A DNA stretch of 64,000 bases from Amphiscolops sp. MND2022. Its lineage: Eukaryota. Below are positions 23,076-35,409 of the stretch, in pieces (the stretch's first letter is position 1; every line of letters begins with the position of its first letter). Where the stretch lies: assembly GCA_964187785.1 (NCBI GenBank), contig OZ076415.1:38936001-39000000 (forward strand). The letters are read 5' to 3'. The position numbers were made by a program, and so were the translations under genes. The notes under the pieces were generated by a model, which saw only the letters and a program-made list of their open reading frames with translations, did no database searches and had not been told where the DNA came from.

Positions 23076-23712
23076 CTAAGCTAAATAGACATTTTTGAGT
23101 GGCTTACTTTCAACAGACGACTGTTTTTGTTTTTTTGGGGTCTTCTTCCGTCTTCTTTGCGATGGTCGGTTTTTCGAGAGGGATCGTTTTTTGCGGATCA
23201 AATTTCTCAGGTTGTGTTGGTTCTTCAGTATAGTATGTAGTAACTTGCGGCCAGTTCCGATATTTGGGTGTATTTTCTGGAGATCAACAATGAAACTCGG
23301 GTTGGTCCTTTTTCGAGTTGACGTGAGGCGCGTCTTCACGTCCAGAATAAGAATCCCCGTGCTCTTCAACTTTTGCAGGATGTTTGGTGAGTTTGCCCGT
23401 TGGACGTAAAGAATAGCTTCTATTCTGTTCTTGAACGAACACAGGATGTCCAACAATTTTTTGTCTGACAGGTTCTGTTACGGTTGCTGCATGTTTGGAA
23501 ATGGAGTTGCTGATCACGTCGTGCCAAATAACCAACTTTTCCCTTTTACTTCCTAGTAAGAAGTTTTGGAGTTTTTTCCTAGGGTCGAGGGCTTGTGGGT
23601 TTAAAAATGGGCCCCGAATTGCCAGAATATTTTTTTTCAGCCCCTTTTGCTTGAGGCGTTCTAATGAATTAAAAGCGTTGTCTAAGCAGCTTGCGCCTAC
23701 AAGAAAGACCAT
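23076..23712 (-). pseudogene. Extra upstream ORF (~210 aa), SGNH/GDSL esterase-like, frameshifted near 23470-23495
   Basis: Joining ORFs 23284..23898 and 23076..23456 gives MVFLVGASCL...AIRGPFLNP...VIWHDVISNSISKH...LDIL...AILYVQR...KIHPN, matching SGNH blocks I, II, III and V in order and spacing by eye. Confidence 0.55.
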
Positions 23713-24024
23713 GTATAAAGATAGATAAAGGAACGAACTAACAGGATAGAGTTGAGCCTGTAGCCTTTTTGCAAACCAGTCAAAGTCCAATCCAGGTCCG
23801 CAAGCAATCAACGTGTCTGCAACTGATGCCCTTGTAGCAGTTTGCAAACCAGTCAAGGTCCAATCCAGGTCCACAAGATCCGAAGATGTGTCCAGCAACG
23901 AGATGTGCGTTCACTTCCAATCAACGTCTCTGAAATGGAAAATTTGAGAAGTTGAAGTCCCGCCACGCTTTAGTAACAGCTGTCAAAGTGGATGCCATTA
24001 AAATTACATTTTTTATTTAATAAG

Positions 24025-24447
24025 TTTACCACAACAATTAGGCTAAACTCACGGAATAAACAAATCAACTCACGGAAATATCAATGTGGGGCATATGCGG
24101 TGTATGGACGCTCCCCCTCACCGTCGCAAAGACCAGCTCCCACTACGATCGCTTCGCGATCTCCGTTCACGCTAGGTCTTTGCTCCTGTTCGACCTCGCT
24201 TAGCAAGATGGGAATATAAGCGGCCCAAAGGGGCCGCGGGGCACTAGAGGAACTGGGGACATATCCGAGGGGTGCTTGATAGGACATGTTATAATAATAC
24301 GCTGACTACAATAAATTGATACCTTCGACAAAATCTGCCACGTATTTTCAACTAAGTGATTTTAAGCTGATACCCGAGACACTTGGTTTAAAAAAATTGT
24401 ATTAAGCCAAATGACTTTAAGCCAAATGGCAATAAGCCAAGTGACCC
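24025..24447 (+). mobile_element. MITE family H1: core copy 2 (24084-24272) and right subterminal array
   Basis: Core about 96% identical to 18011-18199 (8 substitutions by eye); AGCCAAATGACT/AGCCAAGTGACC array inverted relative to 17641-17960. Confidence 0.75.
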
Positions 24448-24828
24448 TTTAGCGTTTTTCTACTCATTTTCCAGGCGTAATCAGATAAAGTTAATGAAAT
24501 TCCTAGAACAAGTTCACAGATCTTGTTGGCTTCGTTTTTTGAATAGTTTAAAAATGGGGTAAAGTAATTGGAGGTCGGTGTGGTCTAAGTATAACATTTA
24601 ACGAAGGAGTTGTTGTCAGAAGCTGCCCATCTACGTCTCCACAAGAGTTCGATGAAATCGTTGATGTTATCCACCGACTAAGACCTGCTGCCATTGCTCA
24701 CAAGTTTGATAAATCTTCTATACGCCACGTAACACTTGACAACTTTCAATGTCCGGCAAAATGCTATGCTTGAAAACCGTTGTGATGAAGTTATTTTGTA
24801 CTCTTTGCACGCTGCAGCGCTTTTTTTC

Positions 24829-25930
24829 TCTCAAAATTGATGCAGTGATTTTTATTTGAATTGAATAATGGAATGACACAAATGAAATCGAAAGCGATTT
24901 AACTACTATTGTTTACAGGTCACAGCAGGTGCCAGAAAAAGTACACTGTTCAGTTTACTGTCTGGCAGGTACCTGTCAAGTTTGCTATCTATTTTGACCT
25001 CAATCGTTTCATCGGCTGTATGTCAGCCGGCCAGCCCAACGTCTTTCAGCCATCTAGACCTGACACCCCGCTCGGCTCAAAGACCCATCGTATGCTGTAT
25101 CGTCTTCAGTCTGCCCAATCCTTCTGTGAATAAGTCCGCCATGTTGTCTGCTGATGAGACAAACTTCAAGTCAATTCCGTGCTCCCTGCACTTGACCGTG
25201 TCCCTGAGGAACGCTTGGCGGGTGGCGAAGTGTTTCGCCTTGTAGCTACCATCGTCCTTCGAAACTAGTGCTAAACACAATTGGGAGTCGCTGAGAATGG
25301 TTGTTTGTTTCTTCTCGCCAATGCACTCCAGGGTCCCTTGTAGGTGAAGTGCTTCCCTAACCGCTTCGCTCAGTGCGTGAACCTCTGCTTTGGCCCTGGC
25401 AGTTTCTTCTCCCCTCGTCTCTTCTTCTTTGTAGGCAGGCACAGTCAGCTTGTCCTCGAGGCACTTCCACAGGTTGAGCATAAGCATCCTCGGCTCGAAC
25501 TGCTCGCTGAACGCCGCAAAATCCTCGTCTTCGCCAGAAAAGGAGATATTCTCCATTTTCGAGTGGGTGGCTATCATCTCGGCTGCTGACTGCTTGGCTC
25601 CACGTCAACTGGTTGATCTGGGCTGGTTACGCTGTGATCGTCGAGGTGGAGTTGGTCGTCGTCGTTGTATGTCAGTTATGGTCTGGGCCCATAACTTCTC
25701 AAAATTGATGCAGTGATTATTAATTGAATTGAATTTTGGAATGACACAAATTAAATCGAAAACGATCTAAATACTATTGTTTACAGGTCACAGCAGGTGC
25801 CAGAAAAAGTACAATTCAGTTCATTGTCTGGCAGGTACCTGTCAAATCTGCTATCTATTTTACCTCAATTGTTTCATCGGCTGTAGGCCAGCCGGTCAGC
25901 TGGTCGGCTTTCAGCCATCTGGACCTGACA
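24829..25930 (-). mobile_element. Non-autonomous mini Ty1/Copia element (1.1 kb, TRIM-like)
   Basis: LTRs at 24829-25065 and 25697-25930 (begin TGTCAGG on minus); Copia-type PBS AGTTATGGGCCCAG at 25683-25696; PPT GAGCGGGG; flanks TTTTC and CTTTC form a 5-bp TSD with one mismatch. Confidence 0.9.
25077..25577 (-). pseudogene. In-frame fusion of Copia Gag N-terminus and RNase H C-terminus (166 aa)
   Basis: ENISFSGEDEDFAAFSEQFE (Gag start) joined near 25395 to AEVHALSEAVREAL...SDSQ...KAKHF...ADNMADLFTEGL (Copia RNase H). Confidence 0.75.
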
Positions 25931-26088
25931 CTTTCAAACAAGATCGGGGAGGCAAATTGAAGGAGGGGAAGAATTGTTGTCTTGTACGGGAGAATCAAAG
26001 TAGGAATGGTGACGCTCCATTTGTTGTTACATAAGCGAGATATGGTGTTCCACTTTCGGATTGGTTTTTCAGCTGTTGCTCCGAATTA

Positions 26089-26291
26089 GGTCCAGTTTGT
26101 AGAAAACCAGAATTCTACAAACTGGTCCTAGATGGTCCAGGTTGTAGAATTGTTTTTCCACAAACTGGATCATTGAATTCTACAAACTGGAGCATTAAAT
26201 TCTACAAACTGGACATCCTTCAAACAAGATCTTGAGAGCTCTACCGCCTTAGATCTAAAGGAAAAAGATCTAAACTGAAATGTGGGGCAAA
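26089..26291 (+). mobile_element. MITE family H2 left arm, truncated at the start of the core
   Basis: TTA then GGTCCAGTTTGTAGAA with TTCTACAAACTGG arrays; homologous to 34307-34490; ends at AATGTGGGGCA where Copia sequence begins. Confidence 0.8.
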
Positions 26292-27550
26292 TTGCCTTGA
26301 CCGTGTTAGCACAGGAGACTTTTCCTTTCTGGGACGTTTCTAGGTAATTGAATAGTTCTCTATCTTTTATCATGTGACTTGACAAAACACGGCCCTATCG
26401 TTGAGTTCTGTTGTCAAGTTGCCTTTGTTCCGTTTCGTAAAAAACTTTTTTTGGGTTTCCTTATTACGCTTATCAAAGGGCTTTTTTGAGCTTTGGGACA
26501 CGCATTGGCCATGTGACTTTTCTCACCAAATTCGTAAGAAACGATCGCAACAGTTTTCAACCGACATTTGCGCTTGTTTATGACCGAACTTGCCGCACTT
26601 GAAACACTTCACATCTTTACAGAAATGTGAACTCGAACATTGATCCATACTTTTCAGGTTGCTTTCGCTATCAAAATTGAGTAGAACTCGCTTTAAATCT
26701 AGGAAAGAGTTTAGCTCGTGCGAATACTCGAAAACAGTGACAAAATTTTCGAACTGTTGAGGAAGGCCTTCCAAAACTACGGGACAAAGCATTTGGTCAC
26801 TTACGTTTTCGTTCATTTTGCTCAAATTTAGCTGAAGTTCCTCATCTCTGACTAAGTAGTCACGAATACTTTCACTTGAATCGAACTTAAAATGTACTGT
26901 CCTGGTCGAAGTTGCCATCTTAGCGAGACTTTTCTCAACTTAACCTAAATTATTTAGGATTTTTTTGTTTCAACTGATTTCTATACTTTCACTATCGAGT
27001 CCTTTCTGCTAAATACTTAAACCTTGTGAATCCTGAACCTCGTGAATTGTGTTCTAGTGGAATTGTTTCAAAGAACGCGCTGAAATCACGCAAAAAAGCC
27101 TTCTTCAAAAAATGGAAATGACAGACTTCCTTAAACCTAATTTAGAATCAACTCATTCCAGTACTGACTGTTGGCCAAGCAGTGCTTTAAGGTGGAATAC
27201 ATAACTTTCAAGGGCAAAGCATCTTCAAAAAATGGAATCAAACTGTCTGTCAGTAAATTATGGACCAAGGGAGTTTTTCTGAGACAGTCCTACTAACTGG
27301 ATCTTAAATCCCCCAAAAGTTTTTACTTTGAAAACATGCTACGTGTTGTCTCCCAACTGACCTCCACTCTAACTTGACTAAGACTAGCAAAAACAAAAGC
27401 TAAAAACAAAAGCACCAAAAAGATAAAAAATAAAAGAAGAGTCTGAGTTGAAGGTTTCACAGTTACTTGTGCACTCGCAAAATTGCTTCCTCGCGGACTG
27501 TCAACTTCTGCTGCAAACTGACACTGCTCAAAAAACGTCGTAGCCACGCA

Positions 27551-27570
27551 GAACCCTCACTGGCACTCCA
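27551..27570 (-). promoter_or_regulatory. Primer-binding site (second copy at 32202-32221)
   Basis: Plus strand GAACCCTCACTGGCACTCCA fits tRNA positions 57-76 (G57, A58, C61, CCA); it lies 1 nt from the LTR-terminal CA. Confidence 0.8.
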
Positions 27571-28013
27571 CTGCTAGTCCATCGCAAGTACATCTTCGTG
27601 CCACTTCAACATCTAGTGGTCATCACTGTTCATCAAAAGTTGAAAATTGTCTATGTTGTTGGTCTCAGAGCGCACAAAGCATCCAACTTATTCGGCAAAC
27701 AAGTCTTAGGTATTTTTGTTTCAAGAAGCGTGACAGTCTCCCATAACCTCTTGATTTCCAGAACGTTGTTTTGTTCTTTGGAAGTGAATTGATTTTTGAT
27801 GAAAATCAACAAAGAATGATGCAAAAGTTTACAGTGAAGTAGTCATCAATTATTTGCCGCCAAAGCAAAGAATAGATATTTCACGACTAGTTCATACATA
27901 TAACGAAAGCAGAAATTTCGACAAAAAGTAGAAGATATACATGCTAAGTCTTCTAGCTCAAGAAAAAAACTTAATACTCCCCCTTTTCATGAGCTGTAAA
28001 TAGGATTACATTT

Positions 28014-31000
28014 CTAGCGATTAAAGTTACTATTCTCTTTCTGGGTTGATAAACCACCAGCTATTTCCTTGCTGAACCTCTGAAACTTGACCCTCCCTAA
28101 GGCATTGTTCAAAACGTCCGCTGTCAAACTTTTGGTTGGACAGAACTTAACTTCTACAACGTTCTCGTCTATTTTCTCTTGTAAGAAATGAAGCTTGATG
28201 GCAAAATGTATAACTTTTTGGGAATTGACAGCGTTTTTAGTCCTTGCTATACAAGCCTGATTGTCAACGAAGTTAGAACTCGGAAATGATTTGCTCATAC
28301 CAAGCTCTGCACCTAACTCCCTCAAAAAAATCATTTCTTTTGTTGCTGCAAAAAGAGCAGCAGCTTCAGCATCGGCAGTGGACGTTGCTACTGTTGTTTG
28401 CAGCTTCGAGTCCCAACTAAGAGCACCTGAAGTCTCGTTTAGAAAAATACAGTAGCCACTAGTTGATTTTCTTGAATCTATTTTACCTGCCCAGTCAGCA
28501 TCGCTATACCCTACAATTCTTATTTGGTCAGCTTTCTCGTAAATCATCTTCCTAATCTTCGGAGCGTTTAAATATCGCAAAACGTGCTTAGCTTGATTCC
28601 AATGCTGCCTTTACGACAAAAGGTATGTCAGGCCTTGAAGTGTTTGCTAAGTAGTTGAGACTACCAATTGAACCTCTGTAGTAACAACACATCATTTTCT
28701 TCTTCTTCACCGCCCTTTGAAGGACATTCAACACTTCAACACTGCTGATACAGCTTTTTTCTAAAGCTGGCGTAAAAGCGGTTTTCGCGTCACTCATGCC
28801 AAAATTCCCCAAAAGTTTTTCTATGTAACTTCCTTGGGAGATTTCAATTTTGTTAGCATCTTTTCTGATTTGCATACCCAGAAACCAATTGAGATCACCA
28901 ACTTCGCTCACCAAAAACTTTTTGCGATGAACTACCTCGAATTCTTCGTAAAACTTTCCAACTCTGCGGCAGTAAACCAGATCGTCAACCCAGAATGCAA
29001 CGTAATCAGTGAAACCCTTACGATGTCTCAAAAATAAGCAAGGATCACTTTTGCTCCCCTTGAATCCAATTCTTGTCAAAAAGTCTTTTAGGGTAAGGAA
29101 CCATTTTTGTCCCGATGTTTTAGTCCGTAAAACATTTTTTTTTCAATTTGCAAACCAAATTCTCGCCGTCTTTCAGAACTTCGAAACCTAACGGTTGTTG
29201 AAAATAGATTTCCTCGTCTTTCTCTGCGTTAAGATGAGCTGTCTTCACATCTAATTGCTTCAACTTCATGTCTTGTTGTACCGCAAAACTCAGTAAAAAT
29301 CTTAGAGTCACCATTTTCACTGTGGGACTAAAGGTTTCTGCCAAATCTACGCCTTGTTTTTGATTGAAGCCTCTGGCAACATACCCTGCTTTATCCTTTA
29401 TAATTTTGCCGTTTCCATCTCGTTTTAAAACGAAATGCCATTTTCCACTAACTAAATTTCGGTTCTAGAAACTTTGTTTAACTCCCAAACTTTTTTTTCT
29501 CAAGGGACTGAAAGTCGTCCTGCAGAGCTTCTTGATAACATTCTGGAATGGAGAGTGCTTCTTCAATGGTTTTCGGTATTTCGGGGTCTACGAAACTTGT
29601 GTGGAACGATAGTTGATTTTCGAGATCAGACGAAACATTTTGATTAGCTGTCTCCTTAGTACCTGGTACGTATCTCTCAGGTTGCCTTCCGTATCTGGTT
29701 CTAACTTCATTTTCTGCTGATTCTGTCAAGTCAACACATTTCCAACATTTCTGCTTTCAGCTATCTCACTACCCCTTTCCCCTTACTCGAAACTAATGTC
29801 TTCGTAGTTCGTAAAATTTCGCCTATGAAAACTTTCCGAGCCTGGAAAAACACTCTCGTTGAACTTTACATTTCGGGTTTGCAATATCTCCAAAAATCTT
29901 TTCTCAATACAAGCAATCAGGTAAGTTTTTGAATTGCTACAGTAACCTAGCAACATTCCTTGTTCTGTTGAACTGTCGATTTTTTTCCGTTTCACTTTTT
30001 CTACGAAAGCAAATGCTTTGCAGCCGAAAACCTTGAGATGGTTTAGATGTGGCGGTTTTCCAAAGAACTTCTCGAAGGGTGTCTTACCATGTGAGGAGTG
30101 AATGCACCTGTTTTTTATGTGGAAGGCCGCTCTAATTGCAACAGACCAAAACGTTTCTTTTAGGTTCGCAGTTTTCAAGATACATCTCACCATCGCGCCG
30201 ATGGTACTCCATTTTCTTTCAACTTTCCCATTTTCTTCGGGAGTGTACATAGATGTAAACTCTTGGCGAATATGGTTTCTCAAACAAACTTCTGCAAATT
30301 TACCAAACTTGAATTCTTTCGCGTTACCGCTCACGATTTCACGTGGCTTCCCTAACTCAAGAATATGTTCTAGTTTCAGTGCAACTTCGTCTTCACTTTT
30401 CAGCAGATAGACAGCATCTAACCTACTAAAACTATCAACAAAGGACAAAGCATATTTGAATCCGTCGACTGATTCAATTGGTTCTGGCGAAATGTCAACA
30501 TGAACTATTTCTAATGGTTTCGATGCTCGTGTACCTACAGTTTTACATATAGGACTACATCTCAATTTTTGAGTGTTACAGACATCACACTCGTCGTCTC
30601 CGTCCAGAATATTCAAACTTTCAGTCTGTTTTGATATGTTCCGAATGCCGATCTTATTGTTATGGCCTAAACGTTCATGCCATAACTGCAGTGTCTCTTC
30701 AGCAGTGTTGCTTACTTCGAATTTTATAGCACGCAAAAAGAACAGATTGTTCCGACTTTCTAAAGAAAAACAATCATTTTCCATCTCAATCCTGGGTTTC
30801 TCTTCAAATATTACTTTCCCCTCCACGACAATCAATCGTTTGATTGTGATTAAGTTTTTCGAAGACTCGGGGACATGCAGAGCATTTTCGAGAGCTACTT
30901 TTTGTAATGTTCCGTATATTTTACGTCTATCATCAACGACAGACTCAGTGCCGTTAGCACAGGAGACTTTTCCTTTCTGGGACGTTTCTAGATAATTGAA

Positions 31001-31569
31001 TAGTTCTCAATCTTTTATCATGTGACTTGACAAAACACAGGCCCTTTCGTTGAGTTCTGTTGTCAAGTTGCCTTTGTTCCGATTCGTAAAAAACTTTTTT
31101 GTGTTTCCTTATTACGCTTATCCCTTAAGGGCTTTTTTTGAGCTTTGGGACACGCATTGGCCATATGACTTTTCTCACCAAATTCGTAAGAAACGATCGC
31201 AACAGTTTTCGACCAACATTTGCGCTTGTTCATGACCGAACTGGCCGCACTTGAAACACTTCACATCTTTACTGAAATGTGAACTCGAACATTGATCAGT
31301 ACTTTTCAGGTTGCTTTTGCTATCAAAATTGAGTAGAACTCTCTTTAAATCTAGGAAAGAGTTTAGCTCGTGCGAATACTCGAAAACAGTGACAAAATTT
31401 TCGAACTGTTGTGGAAGGCCTTTCAAAAATACGGTCAAAGCATTTGGTCACTTACGTTTTCGTTCACTTTGCTCAAATTTAGCTGAAGTTCCTCAGCTCT
31501 GACTAAGTAGTCACGAATACGTTCACTTGAATCGAACTTAGAATGTACTGTCCTGGTCGAAGTTGCCAT
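28014..31569 (-). pseudogene. Decayed Copia gag-pol (Gag knuckle, protease, integrase, RT, RNase H)
   Basis: CFKCGQFGH; WHERLGH...CDVC; VDSFSR, SGNAKEF (catalytic D changed to G), ENGKVER; QLDVKTAHL, FWVDDL; GYSDADWAG...KSTSGY. Copia domain order; many frameshifts. Confidence 0.9.
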
Positions 31570-32639
31570 CTTAGCGAGAGTTTTCTCATTTTAACGTAAA
31601 TTATTTAGGATTTTTTTGTTTCAACTGATTTCTTTACTTTCACCATCGAGTACTTTTCGCTAAATACTTAAACCTTGTGAATCCTGAACCTCGTGAGTTG
31701 TGTTCTAGTGGAATTGTTTCAAAGAACGCGCTGAAATTACGCAAAAACGCCTTCTTCAAAAAATGGAAATGACAGACTTCCTTAAACCTAATTTAGAATC
31801 AACTCATTCCAGTACTGACTGTTGGCCAAGCAGTGCTTTAAGGTGGAATACATAACTTTCAAGGGCAAAGCATCTTCAAAAAATGGAATCAAACTGTCTG
31901 TCAGTAAATTATGGACCAAGGGAGTTTTTCTGAGACAAACCTACTAACTGGATCTTAAATCCCCCAAAAGTTTTTACTTTGAAAACATGCTATGTGTTGT
32001 CTCCCAACTGACCTCCACTCTAACTTGACTAAGACCAGCAAAAACAACAGCTAAAAACAAAAGCACCAAAAAGATAAAAAATAAAAGAAGAGTCCGAGAT
32101 AAAGTTTTCACAGTTAGTTGTGCACTCGCAAAATTGCTTCCTCGAGGACTGTCGACTTTTGCTGCAAACTGACACTGCTCAAAAAACGTCGTAGCCACGC
32201 TGAACCCTCACTGGCACTCCACTGCTAGTCCATCGCAAGTACATCTTCGTGCCACTTCAACATCTAGTGGTCATCACTGTTCATCAAAAGTTGAAAATAG
32301 TCTATGTTGTTGGTCTCAAAGCGCACAAAGCATCCAAATTCTTCGGCAAAGAAGTCTTAGTTATTTTTGTTCCAAGAAGCGTGACAGTCTCCCATAACCT
32401 CTTGATTTCCAGAACGTTCTTTTGTTCTTTGAAAGTGAATTGATTTCGATGACATTCAACAAAGAGTGATACAAAAGTTTATAGTGAAGTAGTCATCAGT
32501 TATTTGGCGCCAAAGTAAAGAAGAGAAATTTCACGAGTTGTTCATACATTTAATGAAAGCAGAAACCTCGATAAAAAGTAGAAGATATACAGGCTATGAC
32601 TTCTAGCTCAAGAAAATAAATACTTTATACATATGGAGT

Positions 32640-33790
32640 TTATTGTCACTTGCTTCACAATTGAAAAGTGACCGTCGTTGACCACCATTCTCCAGGTTGA
32701 ACACCATCTTTCTACTCTAGCACAAGAAAGAGGAAGCTTTCGCGTCAGATCATCTGTGGTTACGCCGGTGACTACAATTGAGCTGTCGTCCGCGAATTTG
32801 AATGAGCAGTCTTCTTTATAAGGAAGTCAATGAGAAATATGATAAAAAGTAGCGGGGAAAGCACGTCTCCTTGCGGTACTCCCATGTTAACAGGAAGAGT
32901 GAGATTTATATTCCCCTATTTCAATAAACACCTGTCAGTTTCTCAAAAAAGCCTCCAAAATTCGAATCTTTCTGCCAGCTGTTTTAGTTCCGCAGTTTGT
33001 AGAGAAATCCGCTTATCCAGACAATGTCGAAAGTTTTTTTTTCAAGTCGATATTAAGCAATACTATAGGAATTTTCGATGTTTCAGCTCGTTCCAGCGAT
33101 AGATGAAGCCGTACAGTGATCACACAGTATTTCGTTTTGTTCTGAAGAAATCTTGTTCTTGACCAATGATGTTGTGCGGGTCGTGATGTTTGTTAATTGT
33201 ACTGGCCAAAATTCGTTCAAGGAGTTTACCAAAGTGCCCCTAGTAGAACAAAGGTCGGTAAGATGAACAGTCGTCGCTTTTCTCTTTATTCGGCTTACGG
33301 ATGAAACAAACTCGCTGTTCTTCCCAAGGCCATGACGCCGTCTCCCAGCAGTTTTTGAAAATTTGGAGAAGCATATCTCGAGCTTTGTATCCCATCTTTT
33401 TCATCATTGACAGGTGTATGCCATCTGTATCCAAAAGCCTAGTATTGGATGTTTTTGGGATTGCTGCATTTAGTTCTTCCATATTAAGTGGGTCGACAAA
33501 GAGATCATTTCCGTGTTCATCACTGCTGTCAAGCACTCTGATCTCCTGTGCAGCATGTTCAAAGAATCCCTCCTCATAAAACTGTTTGAAGAGATGTTGC
33601 CCCGAGAAAAAAGTTGTTTCAAAATGTGTACCAATTTCGCTTTTCTTGTGAAGACGTTCTTATTAGCCCAACCTCTCCCTTCTCCTTGTTGAGTAAACTT
33701 TTACATGATGCCAAAAAGTCTCGGATTCTTTTACGCCCAAGATTGCTGAGGAAGCAACTCATCCATTCACGAGGATATTAAAGTTAGGTT
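32640..33790 (-). pseudogene. Decayed LINE reverse-transcriptase fragment
   Basis: DGIHLSMMK, RVCFIRKPNK...SSYRP, GVPQGDVLSP, FKFADD; many stops. Confidence 0.8.
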
Positions 33791-33828
33791 AAAGAAGCCC
33801 CGCCAATCATTGAGACAACTGAAACAGT

Positions 33829-33985
33829 ACAAGACGCCCGCTTAGCATCGGGATATTTTCCGCGACACGTTTATAGCAAAAAAAGAATGGCGAAGGAAAG
33901 GTTCGAACCCACGACATACTGGCTGGGAAACAAAAAAAACTGAAGCACCAGCCCGGGTTCGAACCCAGGTCCTACAACTTGACAG
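33829..33985. repeat. Family X head followed by two tRNA-like B boxes
   Basis: ACAAGACGCCCGCTTAGCATCGGGATATTTTCCGC at 33829-33863; GGTTCGAACCC at about 33900 and 33955; on minus each is followed by a T run. Confidence 0.5.
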
Positions 33986-34306
33986 AACCATCAAATTTGA
34001 AGTAACTCAGTTGTAACTATCGCTAGTAAATCACTCCATCGAGTGGAGATAAAGTTGAGTTTTGGCAGAATTTGTAAAAAAAACTTTCCAGATCATGATT
34101 TTCCTCCGGCATTAATGTGGACGGAAAATAAAAAATTAATTTGTAACAGATGCTGGGGTCAATATATGCATATACTACAGTTTATGACGGTAAAAATTTA
34201 ACAACGTCATTAAAAACTCCCACAACTCGGCAGCAGCTTATATGTGATTGGATAATTAAACAAAAAAGACAATCAACTTTTCACAATTAGCCATTCAAGA
34301 GAATTA

Positions 34307-34763
34307 AGTCCAGTTTGTAGAATACAAATTTGTAGAATTCTACAAACTGGTCCTGGGTGGCCGTTTGTAGAAGTTTTTTCTACAAACTGGACCATTAAAT
34401 TCTACAAACGGGACGTCCTTCACACAAAGTCCTGAAAACTCAAACGCCTAATATCTAAAGGAATAAGATCTAACGACTGAAATGTGGGGCATATCCGGTG
34501 TATCCACGGTCGCCCTCACCGTCGCAAAGACCAGCTCCCACTACGATGGCTTCGCGATCTCCGTTCCCGCTAGGTCTTTGCTCCTGTTCGACCTCGCTCA
34601 GCAAAATGGGAACATATGCGGCCCCAAAGGTCCGCGAGGTACTAGAAGAAATGGAGATATATCCGAGGCACGCTTTATACTTTGCATCATACCTACTTTA
34701 TTAGTCTTAGTTTTTCTTATTGAATAGAGGATTTCTACAAACTGGTATTCTACAGACTGGACC
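34307..34763 (+). mobile_element. Complete PIF/Harbinger-like MITE, family H2 (457 bp), carrying core copy 3 (34482-34669)
   Basis: TIRs (A)GTCCAGTTTGTAGAA and TTCTACAGACTGGACC; TTA on both sides (34304-06 and 34764-66); multiple subterminal TTCTACAAACTGG motifs. Confidence 0.8.
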
Positions 34764-35409
34764 TTATTAAAAATAATACCATGGTCCAGTTTAGTATGTA
34801 GAAAAACAATTCTCCAAAATGGATCTCACTTTTCTACAAACTGGTTTCCTACAAACTGGTTCCATACCATTCAAGATTAGCAGACGCTTTTATCTTTACT
34901 GGAGAGATAGAAAGAAAGCGAAAGCTGCTTCGCACAGCGGCGCAAAGTTTCAATCTTACTTACACGCTGCATGCGAGCAGTGTCCTGCTGGGGGATTACA
35001 AAAATTCCATGATCTTTCACCTGATTGGTTCTAGCATTTTGAAGGCGGCTTTTAATTCATACACTGTAATTGAAGCAATGTTGAATCGAATCTATTTAAA
35101 AATCAACGGAAGTTAACGGGATTTCCATTTGTAGCTGGTTGTTGACACATCGTTGGCAATATTAACCAGTGCTGTCAAGAAAATCGAATGTAATTTTTAC
35201 TTTGAAGTACGTGCAAAAATTAGTACTTTTAATTTACTATGTACTTAACGAAAGAAAAGAACAAATTAGTAATTGAAATCTATATCGTTTTTTATTGTTT
35301 GGTAAGAACATGGAATACAACATGGTGTAGTCAGCATATCGAAAGAACTTCTATGAAATTAGAATTGGGGCAGTTCCCAAGATGAACTACACCTAAAATG
35401 CAACAGATG

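Larger units (their letters stand above)
18418..24020 (-). mobile_element. Near full-length, decayed non-LTR retrotransposon (APE-type LINE, I/Jockey-group-like, no RNase H seen)
   Basis: ORF1 followed by overlapping APE-RT-CCHC ORF2; 5' region has 35-bp direct repeats at 23768 and 23841; the 3' end abuts the gap. Confidence 0.9.
26300..32621 (-). mobile_element. Ty1/Copia element in tandem: LTR-gag-pol-LTR-(leader and gag again, truncated)
   Basis: LTRs at 32223-32621 and 27572-27976, PPT AGGGGGAG at 27977-84, a PBS after both LTRs; 26303-27976 duplicates 30953-32621. Confidence 0.9.

Noticed and set aside
33895-33985. Possible tRNA genes
   Set aside because: Only B boxes are present; no cloverleaf or A box could be assembled.
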